Shown one piece after another: positions 51,037 through 64,000 of a stretch of 64,000 nucleotides of DNA. The stretch is taken from positions 5,148,001 to 5,212,000 of the forward strand of contig NC_087250.1 of the NCBI RefSeq assembly GCF_037042905.1, written 5' to 3'. Within the stretch, counting starts at the first letter, position 1, and every line of letters starts with the position of its first letter. The notes beneath the pieces were generated by a model that searched no databases, was not told where the DNA came from, and was given only the letters and a program-made list of their open reading frames with translations. The position numbers and the translations under genes were made by a program. The stretch is from Lytechinus pictus. Taxonomy: Eukaryota.

Positions 51037-54000
51037 GAGCATTAGGCCAAAATAAGCTTAAGAAAAGAAATTTCTGGTTACAAGCTGATTTTTTTTTCAG
51101 GATAGGTCCAGGAAAATATCTAGAATAACGTACTAAAAGTCCTCATAAATCCTCCGTGAGGGTTTTCCGTAATCCAAGATGGCGTCCAAAATGGCCGCCA
51201 TTCACAGAAAATGGACATAAATCACTCATTATTCACACTAAACTTCAAATTTCGGTGCGGTGTAAAGAGGAAAAAGATCTAGTGATACAGGTAAGAGTGA
51301 AAATAAGCAGACTAGGGTACCTAAAAATCCAAGATGGCGTCCAAAATGGCTGCCAAAGCCTAAAAATCCACTATTCATCTATTACTTCTTTTAAGGTCTT
51401 TAATTTTGTTTCTATTCAATGGTTTTAATGGTCAAGTAATAAATTGGGACAAGTTACAAGGACATTCAGTGGTCAAGTATGTCCGAAAATCCATCTGGCT
51501 TCCAAATATGGAGTCCAAATGACCGCTGTTGCTGAAAAATCTACATACTTCATTAAAAAATCCACCTAAAAAATGATTTAAAGAGTCGAATAATATATTA
51601 GCACAAGTAAAAAGGACAGTCAGAGGTTCAGTATGTCTAAAAATCAAAGACGGCTTCTAAAAATGGAGTCTAAAATGGCCGCTGATACATACAAATTGAC
51701 AAACTTCATTTAATATCTGCATGGGAGATAGGTGTCTAAACCATGGTTTATAGGGTCAAATAATACATTTGGACTAGTTAAAGGCAGACAGTGGTCAATT
51801 AAGCCCAAAACTGCAAGATGGCTTCCAAAAATTGGGTATATTGGTTATGATTGGTTACTGTTATAAAAAAATCGACAGTTTGTTTAATATACACCTAAAA
51901 AATATGTTTTTGGTGTCCAGACCATGGTCCAGTATGTTCAGAAATCCAAGATAATTTCCAAAATGAAGTATAAATCAGTTATATCTGGAGGAGAGACTTG
52001 TGGATCATAGTAATTCAGTTTGCTTTTCGCCTCCCAGACACAGGAGACGCCTAAACAAATAATAAAATGACTTCTGAGACTTACAAATGGACATAGTTAA
52101 TTTAATATCTGCCTGATACATATGATTTTGGTGTCTAAACCATAGTTTGAAGGGTCAAACATGACGAAAACCTTTCATTTGAGAACACTATACCCCAGTT
52201 TCCCTCAATCAATTCTCTTCTCCAAGTACGACAAACCATAACTGCCCCAAGCAAGCAATTTAAGTATCAAAACACCTGTTTCTTGACCTCGGTCCGAAGA
52301 TAACACAACAGCCCGAGCAAGGCATGCCGTCATTTTAATTCACTTACTTTCCTTATTTCGAGGTCGATTTTCTTCGTTCGAAATTGAAAATGGACTAACA
52401 TTGGATTTCTGAATACAATATGCCTTTGAAAACGTGATTAAATATCGAATACAATAATTTCATTCCGAAGGTCCTACTACAGGCAGAGAAGTCTTACGTA
52501 ATAGCACAGCTGTTGTTTATCATTTCGTCCTTGGCTCAACGCTCATAATCTGGCCTGTGGAGGTAAAATTGAGACAGCGGGGATTACCTGGCCTAGCGGG
52601 GTTGATCAGGCGGGTGTTTCATAAAGCTGTTCGTAAATAAAGAGCGACTGGTGATCCTGTCTTGCGGTAAATGGTACACACCATTGGCGATGATTTAGCG
52701 CGCGAGAAAGGATAACCAGTCGTTCTACAAGTCGCTCTTAACTTACGAGCAGCTTTATGAAACGGCCCCCTGGGCTTGGAAATGATTTTGGGATTTACAA
52801 ACGCAAAATGGGGTATAGAACCGCAGTTTGCAACCTGAACTGCGGTCTTTCTCCAAACGGGGGTTTGACGTAATGTAATATTTTGGGATTGTTAACAATG
52901 ATAGTGCAGTTGTCAATTTTTCCTAAAAATCCAAAATGGCTTACAAAATGGCATGTAAATGACTCCATCATACACCATCCTCATGTGATGAATAATTGTG
53001 GTGTCTATGCTTAAATACATTTGGGAAAAGTAATCTTAAGGATTTAGGAGTAGGTAACAGCCGGCATTCTTGCTCAATTTGGGAACCAAAGTGCATATAT
53101 AATGGAAAACTGAACAGTCTTGTGATCGACTTGTCCTTAATATATATTTGACATTTCAAAACATAGTGCAGAAACAACATTTATTTCTCACAGGTGAATA
53201 TTGAGTATGACTATTTTTAAGCGATGGGAATTAAACGCCACATTGGAAGACATCTTGGATTATGAAGGAAAATTGACAATTGCATATCATCATAAGCTGT
53301 CCCAAAGTATTATTTGACACTTGAAACTATAGCATAGACACCCAAATATTATCTCTCAGGCGGATATAACATTAACTATGTTATTTTCTAACAAACATCA
53401 GTCATTTTTAGACTCCCTTTTTGGAAGCCATCTTGGATTTTTGGACATACGAGACCACAGACTGTCCTTGTAAGTTGTCACAGTGTTTCATTTGGCTCTT
53501 TAGAGCATGTGCTTAAAATCCAAAATCATACCTCACAGGCAGATATCAAATAAAGTATGTATGTAAAGTACCAGCGGTCAATTTAGACTCCATTTTTTTG
53601 AAGCCATCTTGGATTTTTAGACATACATGTACTAGACCTCTGAATGTCCTTTCTACTTGTGCTTATGTATTATTTGACCTTTCAAACCATTGATTAGACA
53701 CCAAAATCATATATCTCAGGCAGATATCAAATGAACTATGTCCATTTGTAAGTAAAAAAAGCAATTTTAGACTCCATTTTTGGAAGCCATCTTGGATTTT
53801 TGGACAAACTTTACGACTGAATGTCCTTGTAACTTGTCCCGTTTCATTACTTGACCATTAAAACCATTAAATAGAAACAAATTAAAGACATTACAGTAAG
53901 TAATAGATGAATAGTGGATTTTTAGGCTTTGGCAGGCATTTTGGACGCCATCTTGGATTTTTAGGTACCCTGGTCTGCTTATTTTTACTCTTACCTATAT

Positions 54001-54246
54001 CACTAGATCTTTTTACCTCTTTAAACCATGAAAACTGCACTGAAATTTGATGTCTAATGTGAATAATGAATGAGTTATGCCCATTTTCTGTGAATTGCGG
54101 TCATTTTGGACACCATCTTGGATTACGGAAAACCCCCATGTCGGATTTATGAGGACTTTTAGTATGTTATTCTGGACACATTCCAGGACCTAACCTGAAA
54201 AAAAATCAGCTTGTTACCAGAAATTTCCATGTTAAACCTAATGCTC
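51037..54246. mobile_element. Long-TIR non-autonomous DNA element with GAG termini (Sola-like)
   Basis: GAGCATTAGG...CCTAATGCTC; about 1-kb inverted arms of AAAATCCAAGATGGC repeats; nested Harbinger-like MITE near 52609-52770. TSD not clear. Confidence 0.75.
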
Positions 54247-57200
54247 TATGCCTAGGAACCCTTTTTCGTTTTCAGATTAACGAACATCGAGGTATAGGCA
54301 ATTTACGTGTTTCGGAATTACGAACCTTCGGAATAACGAATCTTCGGAATTACGAAGTGTAACCCTACAAATTCCCCCACCTTCACGGTATTGACATTAA
54401 ATTATACATCCGAAGAATCAAAAGTATTTTATAATGACTTTATGTAGTCATCATTGTAAAGGGAAGTATTACTAATCAGATATATAACTTCACTTTTCAA
54501 AATAGTGATCAGAGATTGCAGAAATCAGCTCTCAAAAATGATTTATTTTCATGCCATATTTCTGCCTTCCACCGGTCTTCTTGCGAGCTCCAGCTGAGTG
54601 ACGTCACACAATGAGCAGTGAGCAGCTGAGCTGACAGCAGCCCATTGGAGACGATCTTTCCAATCAGCGTTTTTTGCTCTTAGAATTGTTTATTCCTCTT
54701 AAGATTGGTCTTGTTATATAGATAAAATTTTGAATTTACTGAACAGTGAAAAAAAATGCACATTTAATGTATTTTGGTAACCGATAGTTAGCTTAGAATT
54801 TTTTTTTTCAAGAAATATATGTGAATAAACAAAGCATATTTTCACGTAGAAATCACACTTGCGTCACATTAATGTTATAATCAATATAAAGCATAGACAT
54901 TCTTCTTTATGACTGAACAAAAATTATGAAATTTCATTAAGTAGCAAAGTCAGGAACCACAAAAAAAACACGGCAATATCCATCGCGAAATGACTGAAAT
55001 TGCAGTTGAATTGCCGAAGCATTATTAGGAAACAGCGGCGAGCGGACTTTCTTTCATATATCTTAAAAATGCGTTCACGATAGGGCGATGGTCTGTGGCC
55101 AAATGCGTTGGCCATTGTTTTGTCATGTGCGAGGACCCTGGTTCGAAACTCGGATTTTTTTTTTCTGGGTATTTTTTTTATTCCTTCCCCGTCCCTACCC
55201 ATCTTTTTTTCTCTTTTTATTTTCTTGTGAAATTCTATTCAGACCTGTATTTATGAAATCTTGCTTCTTAATTGCTGCTTTTGATTTTCAAGTTCTTGAT
55301 TAGATTATTTCTACTCTTATTTGGGATGGGAGGGGTAGAGTTAAAAGTCAAGTCCACATCAACTAAAAATTATTTGAATAGAGTAATTTCCCTTGTTGTT
55401 TTTACTCAAAACAGTCATATACACAAAACAATGATATGCAAATTAGAGTTGTCAATCACATCACATTCGTTTCTATTTTTTTGTGGCATTTTGTTTTTTA
55501 TTCTTTGCAGATTTGACGATAGGAAACTCTTCATTTGATCACAATATGTTATATTTACGGAACTGTTAAAGTAGTAATTATATAAATTTGAATCAAAGTT
55601 TTTATGAAATTTCCTGCAATATCTTGTTATTTTTCTTTAAATTCAAATGAATTTTTGATTGCGTGGACTTCTCCTTTACTCTTAATGTAGGGAATGCATA
55701 GCAAAATTTATCCAGAAACAAAATTGTCTTAGAATATGCAAATCAGTAATTGGACACATGTTCACTTTTCTTTCATCCAGGCCACTTCCTCACATCCACC
55801 AGGCTTTCAGTCTTATAACAAAAATGATGAACCATCACACAACAGCACACAACATTCACAGTGCTTCACAATAAATATTTCACTTCTGTTCATACATGCA
55901 ATAAATATTGTGGAAAACAAATAAAAGGCGTACCCATATTTAAATACCGTTTAAAAGGACAAATATATTATACCTTTCGAGAAGAATCAGCACGTTAAAT
56001 ATCTGATAACAAAACATAATTATGGGGCACTGCAAGAAACTTATGTTCAATTGCAAATCAAGCGTAAGTCTTAAATTCAAATTCAAGCGTAATAAGGTCG
56101 AGTTGCAATCGCAATTCAACTACATGTTTAATCAAAGGACTTACCCTTGATTTGGGACGTGTGATTGAGTATAACATTTCTCGCAAAATGGCCTAGTAAC
56201 ATTAAAATTGTTCTTTCGTTTAAATTGTGTGTTATTATTTTTGACAAGCTGTATTCCTGTCCAAGTCAAATTTCTTAGTTCTCTCCAAAACTGTGCTCAA
56301 AATTGTTTCCAAGATTGATAAAGAAAAATTTTCTTTTGTATCATTATCAGTCCACAACTTGCAAACCGTAGGTCCTGCAAAGAGTGAAGAAAAAAATGGC
56401 TATATCCAAATCATAGTAAAAGGACATGATGGAATCTCCCAGATTGAGGTAGCAAGCAGAGACCAGAAGTCACCAGAGTCAGCAAGTGTGCAGATCTGTG
56501 TGTAGAAGAGAGAAAAAAAGAAATAGTTTAAATAATCAAATCAAAGTATGAATTTAATTATCGTGATGATTGATGACGTGCGGTGGCATGTAATTCCCGG
56601 TCAACAACAAATGATAGTAGGTTTAGACACCTGAAAAGTTCCACTCAGAACATTGGTGCTCTACATCAAGTGATGTTTGTGTAGGCCCCACTCCACTTCA
56701 CTACCGCTACACTACCGTACATGTACGCCACACCTACCCGGGTAGGTGTGTAGCGTAGTGTAGGCTGTAGCAGTAGTGAAGTGGAGACTACACGAACATC
56801 ACTTGAGGTACGGTGCTCTCTGAGTCTCTGTGTCATTACAACGATTGCATTTATCTTCATTGTTGAAGGCATTACGCATACATATATGCAGCAACACTCT
56901 AATCAGAAAGAAACACCAGACTCTAATCTTGGCCCACCCAAGGGTTCATTACATGCCGCCGCGCACAGAAAATTCAAGCCATAGAAGTCGTGGACCCAAG
57001 AAGTGAGATCCCAGCACGCGCGACCCACTAGTTAGAAATCCACTGCCAAACGCGGTTCGTGGTGCGAGGTTAGTATACTAATACTAACCTCGCAATACGT
57101 GTGAGTGATTTTGGCCAGGAATCAGGGTAATCACTGCTGAAAATTTGTCTGGCTTCATGACATCGGCATCATGGTGATATAATTCTGTGTATAATAAAAA

Positions 57201-58020
57201 CTTAAACATTCCTCTGAAACGGCAGATTTTCAGCCATGGTCCATACCAGTGCTCCTAAATAATTTAATCGCCTGCCTGAGTCCTGACCAGTTTTAGAAAT
57301 CTGAAGAAAAAATCTGCTGGAATTGTGCAAAAACATTATTTCTAAAATAAATCTTTTTAATTTCAATAGTAGTTATGCCAAAATGCATGATTCTAAACTT
57401 ATATCAGATCTGTATCTGTCATCTGACCTGAATGCATCGTCAGAACAAGTACAGTTTCCAAACATGCTTACCTTGACTTTTGACTGGATCAAACAGCGTA
57501 GCCTGCAACATGCATCGGGAGCAAGTGAATGGGACCGTGCAGCTTGGAATTTTTTCAATAGTTAGTAGAGCAACACAACGAAGACTGTCGAGTGGACAAA
57601 ATCGATCTTTCCAGTTCACAATTCAATAAAAAACGGGCAAAATAACACAATTCTGATTCCCTTATAGTCTGAAGTTGTCGAAAACAGAATTCGGATATCA
57701 CAATACATGAAGAAAACGGTAAATTCGAAGAAAAATAGAGACCAGGAAGGTGAATCAGCTATCAGTGTACTGCTGGCTTGCACAGAGTGAGTCGATCATG
57801 TGACGTCATTATTCTCGACTGTTTTTGATCGCGTGACTGTCTGTCTGGGGGCGGCTAGGGGGGGGGGGGGGCTGAGAAGGGTCTCTAATAATTTAATTTC
57901 TTGCATTTCCACGACATCAATAAGACTTTTTAGTGACACATTTGTGTATAAAAAGACAAGACCTTTCCATTCATATATAATTTGTCTATAATCATCACTT
58001 TCGTGAATTTTCTTTGGATG

Positions 58021-60382
58021 TATACTTTAAGGAAGTATTTGCTTGCAGCCATGGGCGGAAATCCCTCCTTGAAGGTAGGGGGGACACAATTGAGTTTTCA
58101 GTTGTTATGTTCTACAGAATTAATATACGCACACACCCAACACACACACCCACACACACACATATATACATATTTATATATATACATATATATATATATA
58201 TACATGTATATATATATGAATATATATATATATATATATATAATTTCGAAGAAGGAGAGTATTCGTAACTAAAGATGAAAGGCCTCAATAAATAATGCGA
58301 GCGCGAAACGCGAGCCCAAATAAGTTGATATTTCAAAAATTGTGACCTGGAAATTGAACATTCTTAACATTTTTGTGATCATGAACTAGATTCGGACTTA
58401 CCTTAACCATTAATGCGAGCGCGAGCTAAAAAAAATTATTTCCAACCTAAAAACTGGACATTCTTAGCGCTTTAATATGAAAAGGAAATGAATCTAAACA
58501 ATTAATGCGAGCGTGAAGCGCGAGTTTAAAGTTTTTGATTTTCCAACCTAAAAAACTGGACATTCTCGGCACTTAATAATAAACGGAATAGGAATCTAAA
58601 CAATGAATTCGAGCGCGAAGCGCGAGCTGAAAGTTTATGATTTTCCAATGTAAGTACTGGACATTCATACCACCTTAAAAAATATAAACAGGATAGGAAT
58701 CTAAAGATTTAATGCGAAGCGCGAGATGAAATTTTGTATTTTCCAACCTAAATACTGGACGATCGTAACACTTTTTCAAATCATGAACAGGATAGGAATT
58801 TTACAAAGCAATATTAGATTCGAACGCGAAGTGTGTGCTTAAGATATGTCATTTCCTGCCTAAAAATTTGTATTATTAGCATATTTTGAAATCAAGGACA
58901 GGGTAGCTATGCAACTAAATTTTGATTAATGCCCAGAGCGCGAAGTTAATCCTGATTGTTTTATTTTTCCGACCAGGATATTATTTGACTCAACCATATT
59001 ACTGATCTGAGCGCGAAATGATTTTTTTTTTTAATTCAGATTTGAAAACTGGATCTTTCAAATACTTTTGAAATAAAGAAGAAGCAGTTTATCTCAGAAA
59101 GCAATGCGAGCGCAAAGCGCGAGCTATTTATTTTTTAAAGATTTAAAACTACAAATTATGAAAAAAGATGGATGGCTACCTAAATAAATGATTTGATTTC
59201 ATATATTTCGATCTAAAAAGTGAAAAGAAAAAATTAATCACGTTTTGAAATAAAGAGATGGCCTTGTATTAATGCAAAGCGCGAGCGACCTGAAAGTTTT
59301 CTCTTTTTTTCCAATTATTCCCCTCCCCTTCCATTATTTAATTTTCTTCTTATTTTTCTCCTCACCTTCCTATTTTGCGCGGCCAATAGGGGGCGGGCAG
59401 CTGCTTCGCCCCCTTGATATGATGACCCCTCCCACGGCAGGAATATTGTGTAAAAATGGAATATAAATTCTCGTTATTAGAGTATTCAAAAACAAATTTT
59501 GAGGGATTAAACATAGTTAAAATTCACTGCGAAGGATTAATCATAACTCATGAAAACTATTATTTTTACTGAGTACGCGAACAATGATATATTCTATTCC
59601 AAGTAAATTTGGAATAAAGCGAAAATGAATTGGTTTAACAAAGATATGTTTTTACGGATATGGAACATTCTCGTCTACCATCTATGCACTAAATTTACTT
59701 CTAAGTATCCAGAAGCGATTTTCTTTTTTCGTCATTTTGATTAGTTATGAAATTGACAATGGCCATCGAGGTCATCAATGTCATCACTCTTGGCATATAG
59801 GGCTAGATGCGAGTTCGAGAATAGTCGGACCGGTATGCCTTTTCTTTTCCTATCCAAGTTCTTAACAACTATCTGTTTATTTATATTTCGAAATTCGAGG
59901 ATACATGTGTAAGATTTCTATTTTGAATTTTGTATTTTTTCCATAATAATAAAAGACCACAAATAGTAGGGGGGACATTTTAAATTATGCCCCCCCCCTT
60001 CCAAAATGGTAGGGGGGACGCGTCCCCCTGGGATTTCCGCCCATGGTTGCAGCGGGCCTTAACGATACCTCTGATGAATAATCATTCTCATGCCTCTAAA
60101 TTACTGTAAATCCAGTAATACTTACAAGTTAAGAGGTGGACAGTTGTCCTATTTTAGATGTTTAGAATTATTGAGAGATGCTTTCGCATCAGTAGGGTTG
60201 AATCCAAAGAGTTTTGTCATGTATAGTCTCCAAAGTGGTGGAGCCACAGCAGCAGCAAATTTTGTGTTCCTGACAGGTTATTTAAGAAACATGATAGGTG
60301 GAGGTCAGAAATTGCCAAGGATTGATATATTAAGGACAATTTGATGGATCGTCTTTCAGTTTCTATGAATTTAGGGCTTTAG
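58021..60382 (+). pseudogene. Decayed tyrosine recombinase (DIRS/Ngaro- or Crypton-type) split by a MITE
   Basis: LRKYLLAA|GLNDTSDE...LSYFRCLELLRDAFASVGLNPKSFVMYSLQSGGATAAAN, a frameshift, then VPDRLFKKHDRWRSEIAKD*YIKDNLMDRLSVSMNLGL*. These are degenerate HSLRxGGAT, HGRW and catalytic-Tyr motifs. Confidence 0.8.
58050..60045. mobile_element. hAT-like non-autonomous element with GCGAGCGCGAAGCGCGAG repeats and a (CA)/(TA) microsatellite
   Basis: TIR CATGGGCGGAAATCCC; 8-bp TSD CTTGCAGC / GTTGCAGC (7 of 8 match). Confidence 0.8.
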
Positions 60383-60834
60383 AATTAATGTTTAGCAGGA
60401 CAACCAGGTCTTAGCCTCAGTAAACTTTGTTAAAGATTGATTGCAGGTGTTTACGTAAAGTTTTTGAACAAGAAATGTATTATAATCATTATATATTAAA
60501 ATGATTGCGTTCTTTTATTCTTTTCTTTCTTGTTTACCCGTTCTTTGATTGACTGAGAGGGGAAGCTATGTTTAGCTTTTCTTGCCGTCGAAGGTTGGTG
60601 CCTCCATTGAAACATGTATTTTTTCGTAAAGTATATAAATGAACATCTATTTACATGTGAACTGGTTATGCTTAAGGATGGTGAGGCGTGACTGAAAATA
60701 ATTTATTCACGATTGAAAGTTGAATTAGGGAATATATATTTTTTCTTTCTTAGCAGAAGTATCCGATTTGCTTGCGAGAGGAGCGTCTGAATTCTTAACT
60801 GTATTATAATTCACTGACCGACTTCGACACAGCA

Positions 60835-61687
60835 CAGTAGGGGAAGGCGGGGTAAGTTGAGCCACCACCCCCAGGCTAATGATAAATGAGTCGGACATTG
60901 TGGTGGTGTCATTTATTGATGACCCATTGCATAACCCTCAACCCCACCACATTGTTTTCAACTTTGAAACAAAAAGTACTTTTTTAGAGGAAAAAATACA
61001 AATTTCAGCCAAAAAAGTAAAAAAGGGTGTGAAATAGATAAGTGCTTTTTACCCACACACGTCTTTAAATATATTATAGAAATAAGAATAATATTGTTAG
61101 TCCAGGTATGGATTCTCACTCTTGTCATAGTCTTTTACATGATGGATGCATAAGAAATGTGTGGATGTGAAATTATTGCAAAAAGTTCGGACGGGGCTAA
61201 TTTAAGCCAACCAACATGGGGCAAGTTGAGCCATGGTAACTCTTATAGTAATATATAATTAAAAAAATTAAAAAAACGTAAAAGCCATTGGTATGCAGGC
61301 AGAAAGGAGCAAATTCACATGACATTTTTTTTACTTTTAGAAGATGTTAGTATTTATAGAGAATTAGCAAGTGAAAAAACTTTAAAAGAAAAATTGACAT
61401 CCTGGTTCTCCCGCATACATTTTGTACATAGTTTTTGTGGATCAATTTACCCCAGACGGTGGCACAACTTACCCCACAGATGGGGCAAGTTGAGCCATTT
61501 GACATCAGTTTTTTCAAAGGTCACAACGATTTTCATTGTGGGGGTAGAAAGTTATGTATAGGTGAAAAATATTTCCCAAGAATCAAATTTAAAGGCAAGG
61601 TACTTATTTCAACAATATTACTAGTCATATCAATTCTAACATGCAAAATGCAAAAAGTGTCACAACTTACCCCGCCTTTCCCTACGG
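60835..61687. mobile_element. Tc1/pogo-like MITE
   Basis: TIR CAGTAGGGGAAGGCGGGGTAAGTTG / CAACTTACCCCGCCTTTCCCTACGG; internal GGGCAAGTTGAGCCA repeats; a TA TSD is not preserved. Confidence 0.65.
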
Positions 61688-62045
61688 ACGCTTATTCGGG
61701 ATGGATATGCCGACGAAGTAGCAAAGAGGATTCGGATGGAGGAGATACATTGAATTCTTAGAGGCCGGTATGAACCCAGAGGGAGTCTTGAGAGTGAGTG
61801 ATAAGTACATTCGTAAGTACTGTCCATGCTTTCTAGCCGCTTTCTTCCCTTGAAACGGATATGTGTGTTTTTTTGTAAATTATATAAATGTTTTCGTTTA
61901 CAGGTGGATTGGTTGACTGTGCTCAAGGATAGTGAAGCGTGATTGAAAATAATTTTTTCAAGATTGAGAGTCAAATTAGGTAATAATTGCGTTTGATTAA
62001 AACTCTTCAAGAAACGGGGCCCCTGTTCAGATTGGCTGATCTTAC

Positions 62046-62199
62046 CAGATACTCCAATTTTTTTCCGAAGAGAGCGTCCTTTAGCGTGGAGCCTTCGATG
62101 AGCTCAAGAATAAGATCGAAGCATAAATATTCGGTTCGGTTTCCTTGTTTAAACTTCGAGTATGCATACAGCATAACAATGTTGGGATGTTTGACCAGT
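62046..62199 (-). CDS. Protein kinase exon (subdomains IV-V)
   Basis: tttgcag|A CTG GTC AAA CAT CCC AAC ATT GTT...: LVKHPNIVMLYAY...LILELIEGSTLKDALF...YL|gtaaga. Upstream exons probably lie beyond the window end. Confidence 0.85.
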
Positions 62200-62309
62200 C
62201 TGCAAAAAAAGAAATGAAAACGCAAATCAGATGGATTCTCTTTCGCAGGCATATGACTAAAAACGCTGATAACTTAGCGCGAGACGCGACTGTTAAATAA
62301 ATGCCAACT

Positions 62310-64000
62310 ATTTCATTTCATTTCGTTTATTTCTATTTTCCATTATTACAGTTTTGTACATTTTGACATACAAATAACAAAACATGTTTCAAGTATCCCT
62401 GTACAAAAATTATATTCAAGATATCTTGTATTGTTTTTTTACAGATGTGAAATAAATGAATTTGAATTTGAATAAACATATCAGGTTGGAAATGGAGGAG
62501 GCTGCTAAAAAGCGGAGCTTGTAGAGTGCAGCCTCCTAATGAATATTTTTGTAGTTACATAGCATGTAAAAATCAAAATAACAACTTGAGCATACCAGTT
62601 GAATTAAAAAGAAATAGGAGGAAATTAAAGTAGAAAAGGAAAAAAGAAAAAGAGAGATTAAAGGTCTCCAGAATCCAGCCCCAGTACTCGCAGACGGACC
62701 TCGCTGATCAACAGGAAAACGAAAGAGATGGAAAAGTGTACGTCACATGATATTCATGTTTCATTAAAAAAAATACAAGAGTTTGAGTAATAAAGAGTTA
62801 ATTCAATGGTTATCTTGGAGAAACTTTTTGAACTTCTATTTGAAAGAATTTAGGCTTTGTGATTCTTTGATGTTATTATTAATAGTTCCCCAGAGTCTAG
62901 GGCCTTCAAAAGTAAAAATAGATTTTGCAAGGATGGTCCGGGGTAGTGGTAAATGGAATTCATCTGATTGACGTGTGGGATATTTGTGAAGAGTTTAGTT
63001 TTTGTTAAATGAAGAATTAAATATGGGTGGTAACATGTTATTTTTTAATTGATACATGAATTGACCTAAGTTAAATTGGTACAGTGTTTTTATTTTTAGA
63101 ATGTTATTATTGAAAAACAAGTGATCTGTGTGGGATCTCCAGGACAAGTTGAAAATAACACGCAACGCCTTCTTTTGTAAAAGCAATATTCTATCTAGGT
63201 AGGTCGAGTGTGTATTTCCCCAAACAATTGCTCCATTAGATATGGTAAAATTAACGTTGAATAAAGCATTTTTAGGGAGGAAGTTGGAAGAAAAAACTTA
63301 ACTTTGTTGATAACACCAATATTGCGTGAAATTGTACAACATATAAAGTCATTGTATGTTTTCCAAGATAAGTTGATGTCTATTATGAGACCTAATTTTT
63401 TTGTTGCAGTAACAATTTCAATGTATATATTGTCTAGTTTGATATTAAATGGCATTTGTTCTAAAGAATTGCTAAAAAGCATGCATTTGTTTTTTTGTAC
63501 ATTAGTTGACAATTTGTTAGCCCTAATCCATTGTACCAACTTATCCAGTTCAGTGTTCAGTACATTAATTAAAATATCGGGGTTAGGATGAGAGTAGAGT
63601 ACATTTGAATTATCTGCAAAAAGGACACGACATGATACTTCAGTTAACATCTTGTAGAGAAGAATTTTGTTAATTTATGCTTGCGAATTTGTTTACGATT
63701 TGCGAGGTAGTTTCTGAACCACTCCAAGACCTTCCCACGAACTCCGTAATTTTCAAGTTTGTAAAGAAGTATTTCATGATTTACAGTGTCAAAGGCCTTG
63801 GAGAGGTCCAGAAAAACACCTATTGTATGTTCGAAGTTGTCAATAGCTTTTTGTGATTTTGTCAATAAATGAGAGAGTGGCATGAGATGTACTATATTTT
63901 TGGCGAAATCCTAATTGAAAATCAGAAATTATAGTATATTTATTCAAATAATTTAATAATCTTGTATAGATCACCCTTTCCATAAATTTTAGACAAAGTA
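62310..64000 (-). mobile_element. Degenerate LINE (RT C-terminal half + 3' UTR + tail) in the kinase intron
   Basis: FLDLSKAFDTVNHEILL, LFADNS and LLQKKALRVI pieces with frameshifts; stem-loop at 62497-62536; (GAAAT)n tail. Confidence 0.9.

Overview
AT-rich, intron-containing animal genomic DNA. The repeat families and gene style suggest an echinoderm such as a sea urchin, which is an inference. Three host genes are supported. (1) A + strand mitochondrial 3-ketoacyl-CoA thiolase (ACAA2) has 8 clear GT-AG coding exons between 6352 and 24330; its first coding exon is uncertain, with a candidate at 2245-2341. (2) An intronless GT10 alpha-1,3-fucosyltransferase lies on the - strand (30320-31498). 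(3) The last three exons of a - strand protein kinase (62046-62199, 49617-49724, 48654-49100) carry non-canonical HSD and DLG motifs. Most of the rest is nested transposon debris: a near-intact APE+RT LINE ORF2 with two nonsense codons, other LINE fragments, tRNA-derived SINEs, TTAA-flanked Kolobok-like, Harbinger-like and hAT-like MITEs, a decayed tyrosine recombinase, a hAT transposase N-terminus and a possible solo LTR. The most unusual observations are an array of 11 tandem copies of an ACAA2 3' splice site plus exon start placed directly before the real exon, repeated TA->TACATGTA micro-insertions with internal controls, a rearranged ~2 kb foldback element, and a stem-loop shared by several LINE 3' ends. 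No CRISPR, rRNA or bona fide tRNA genes were seen.
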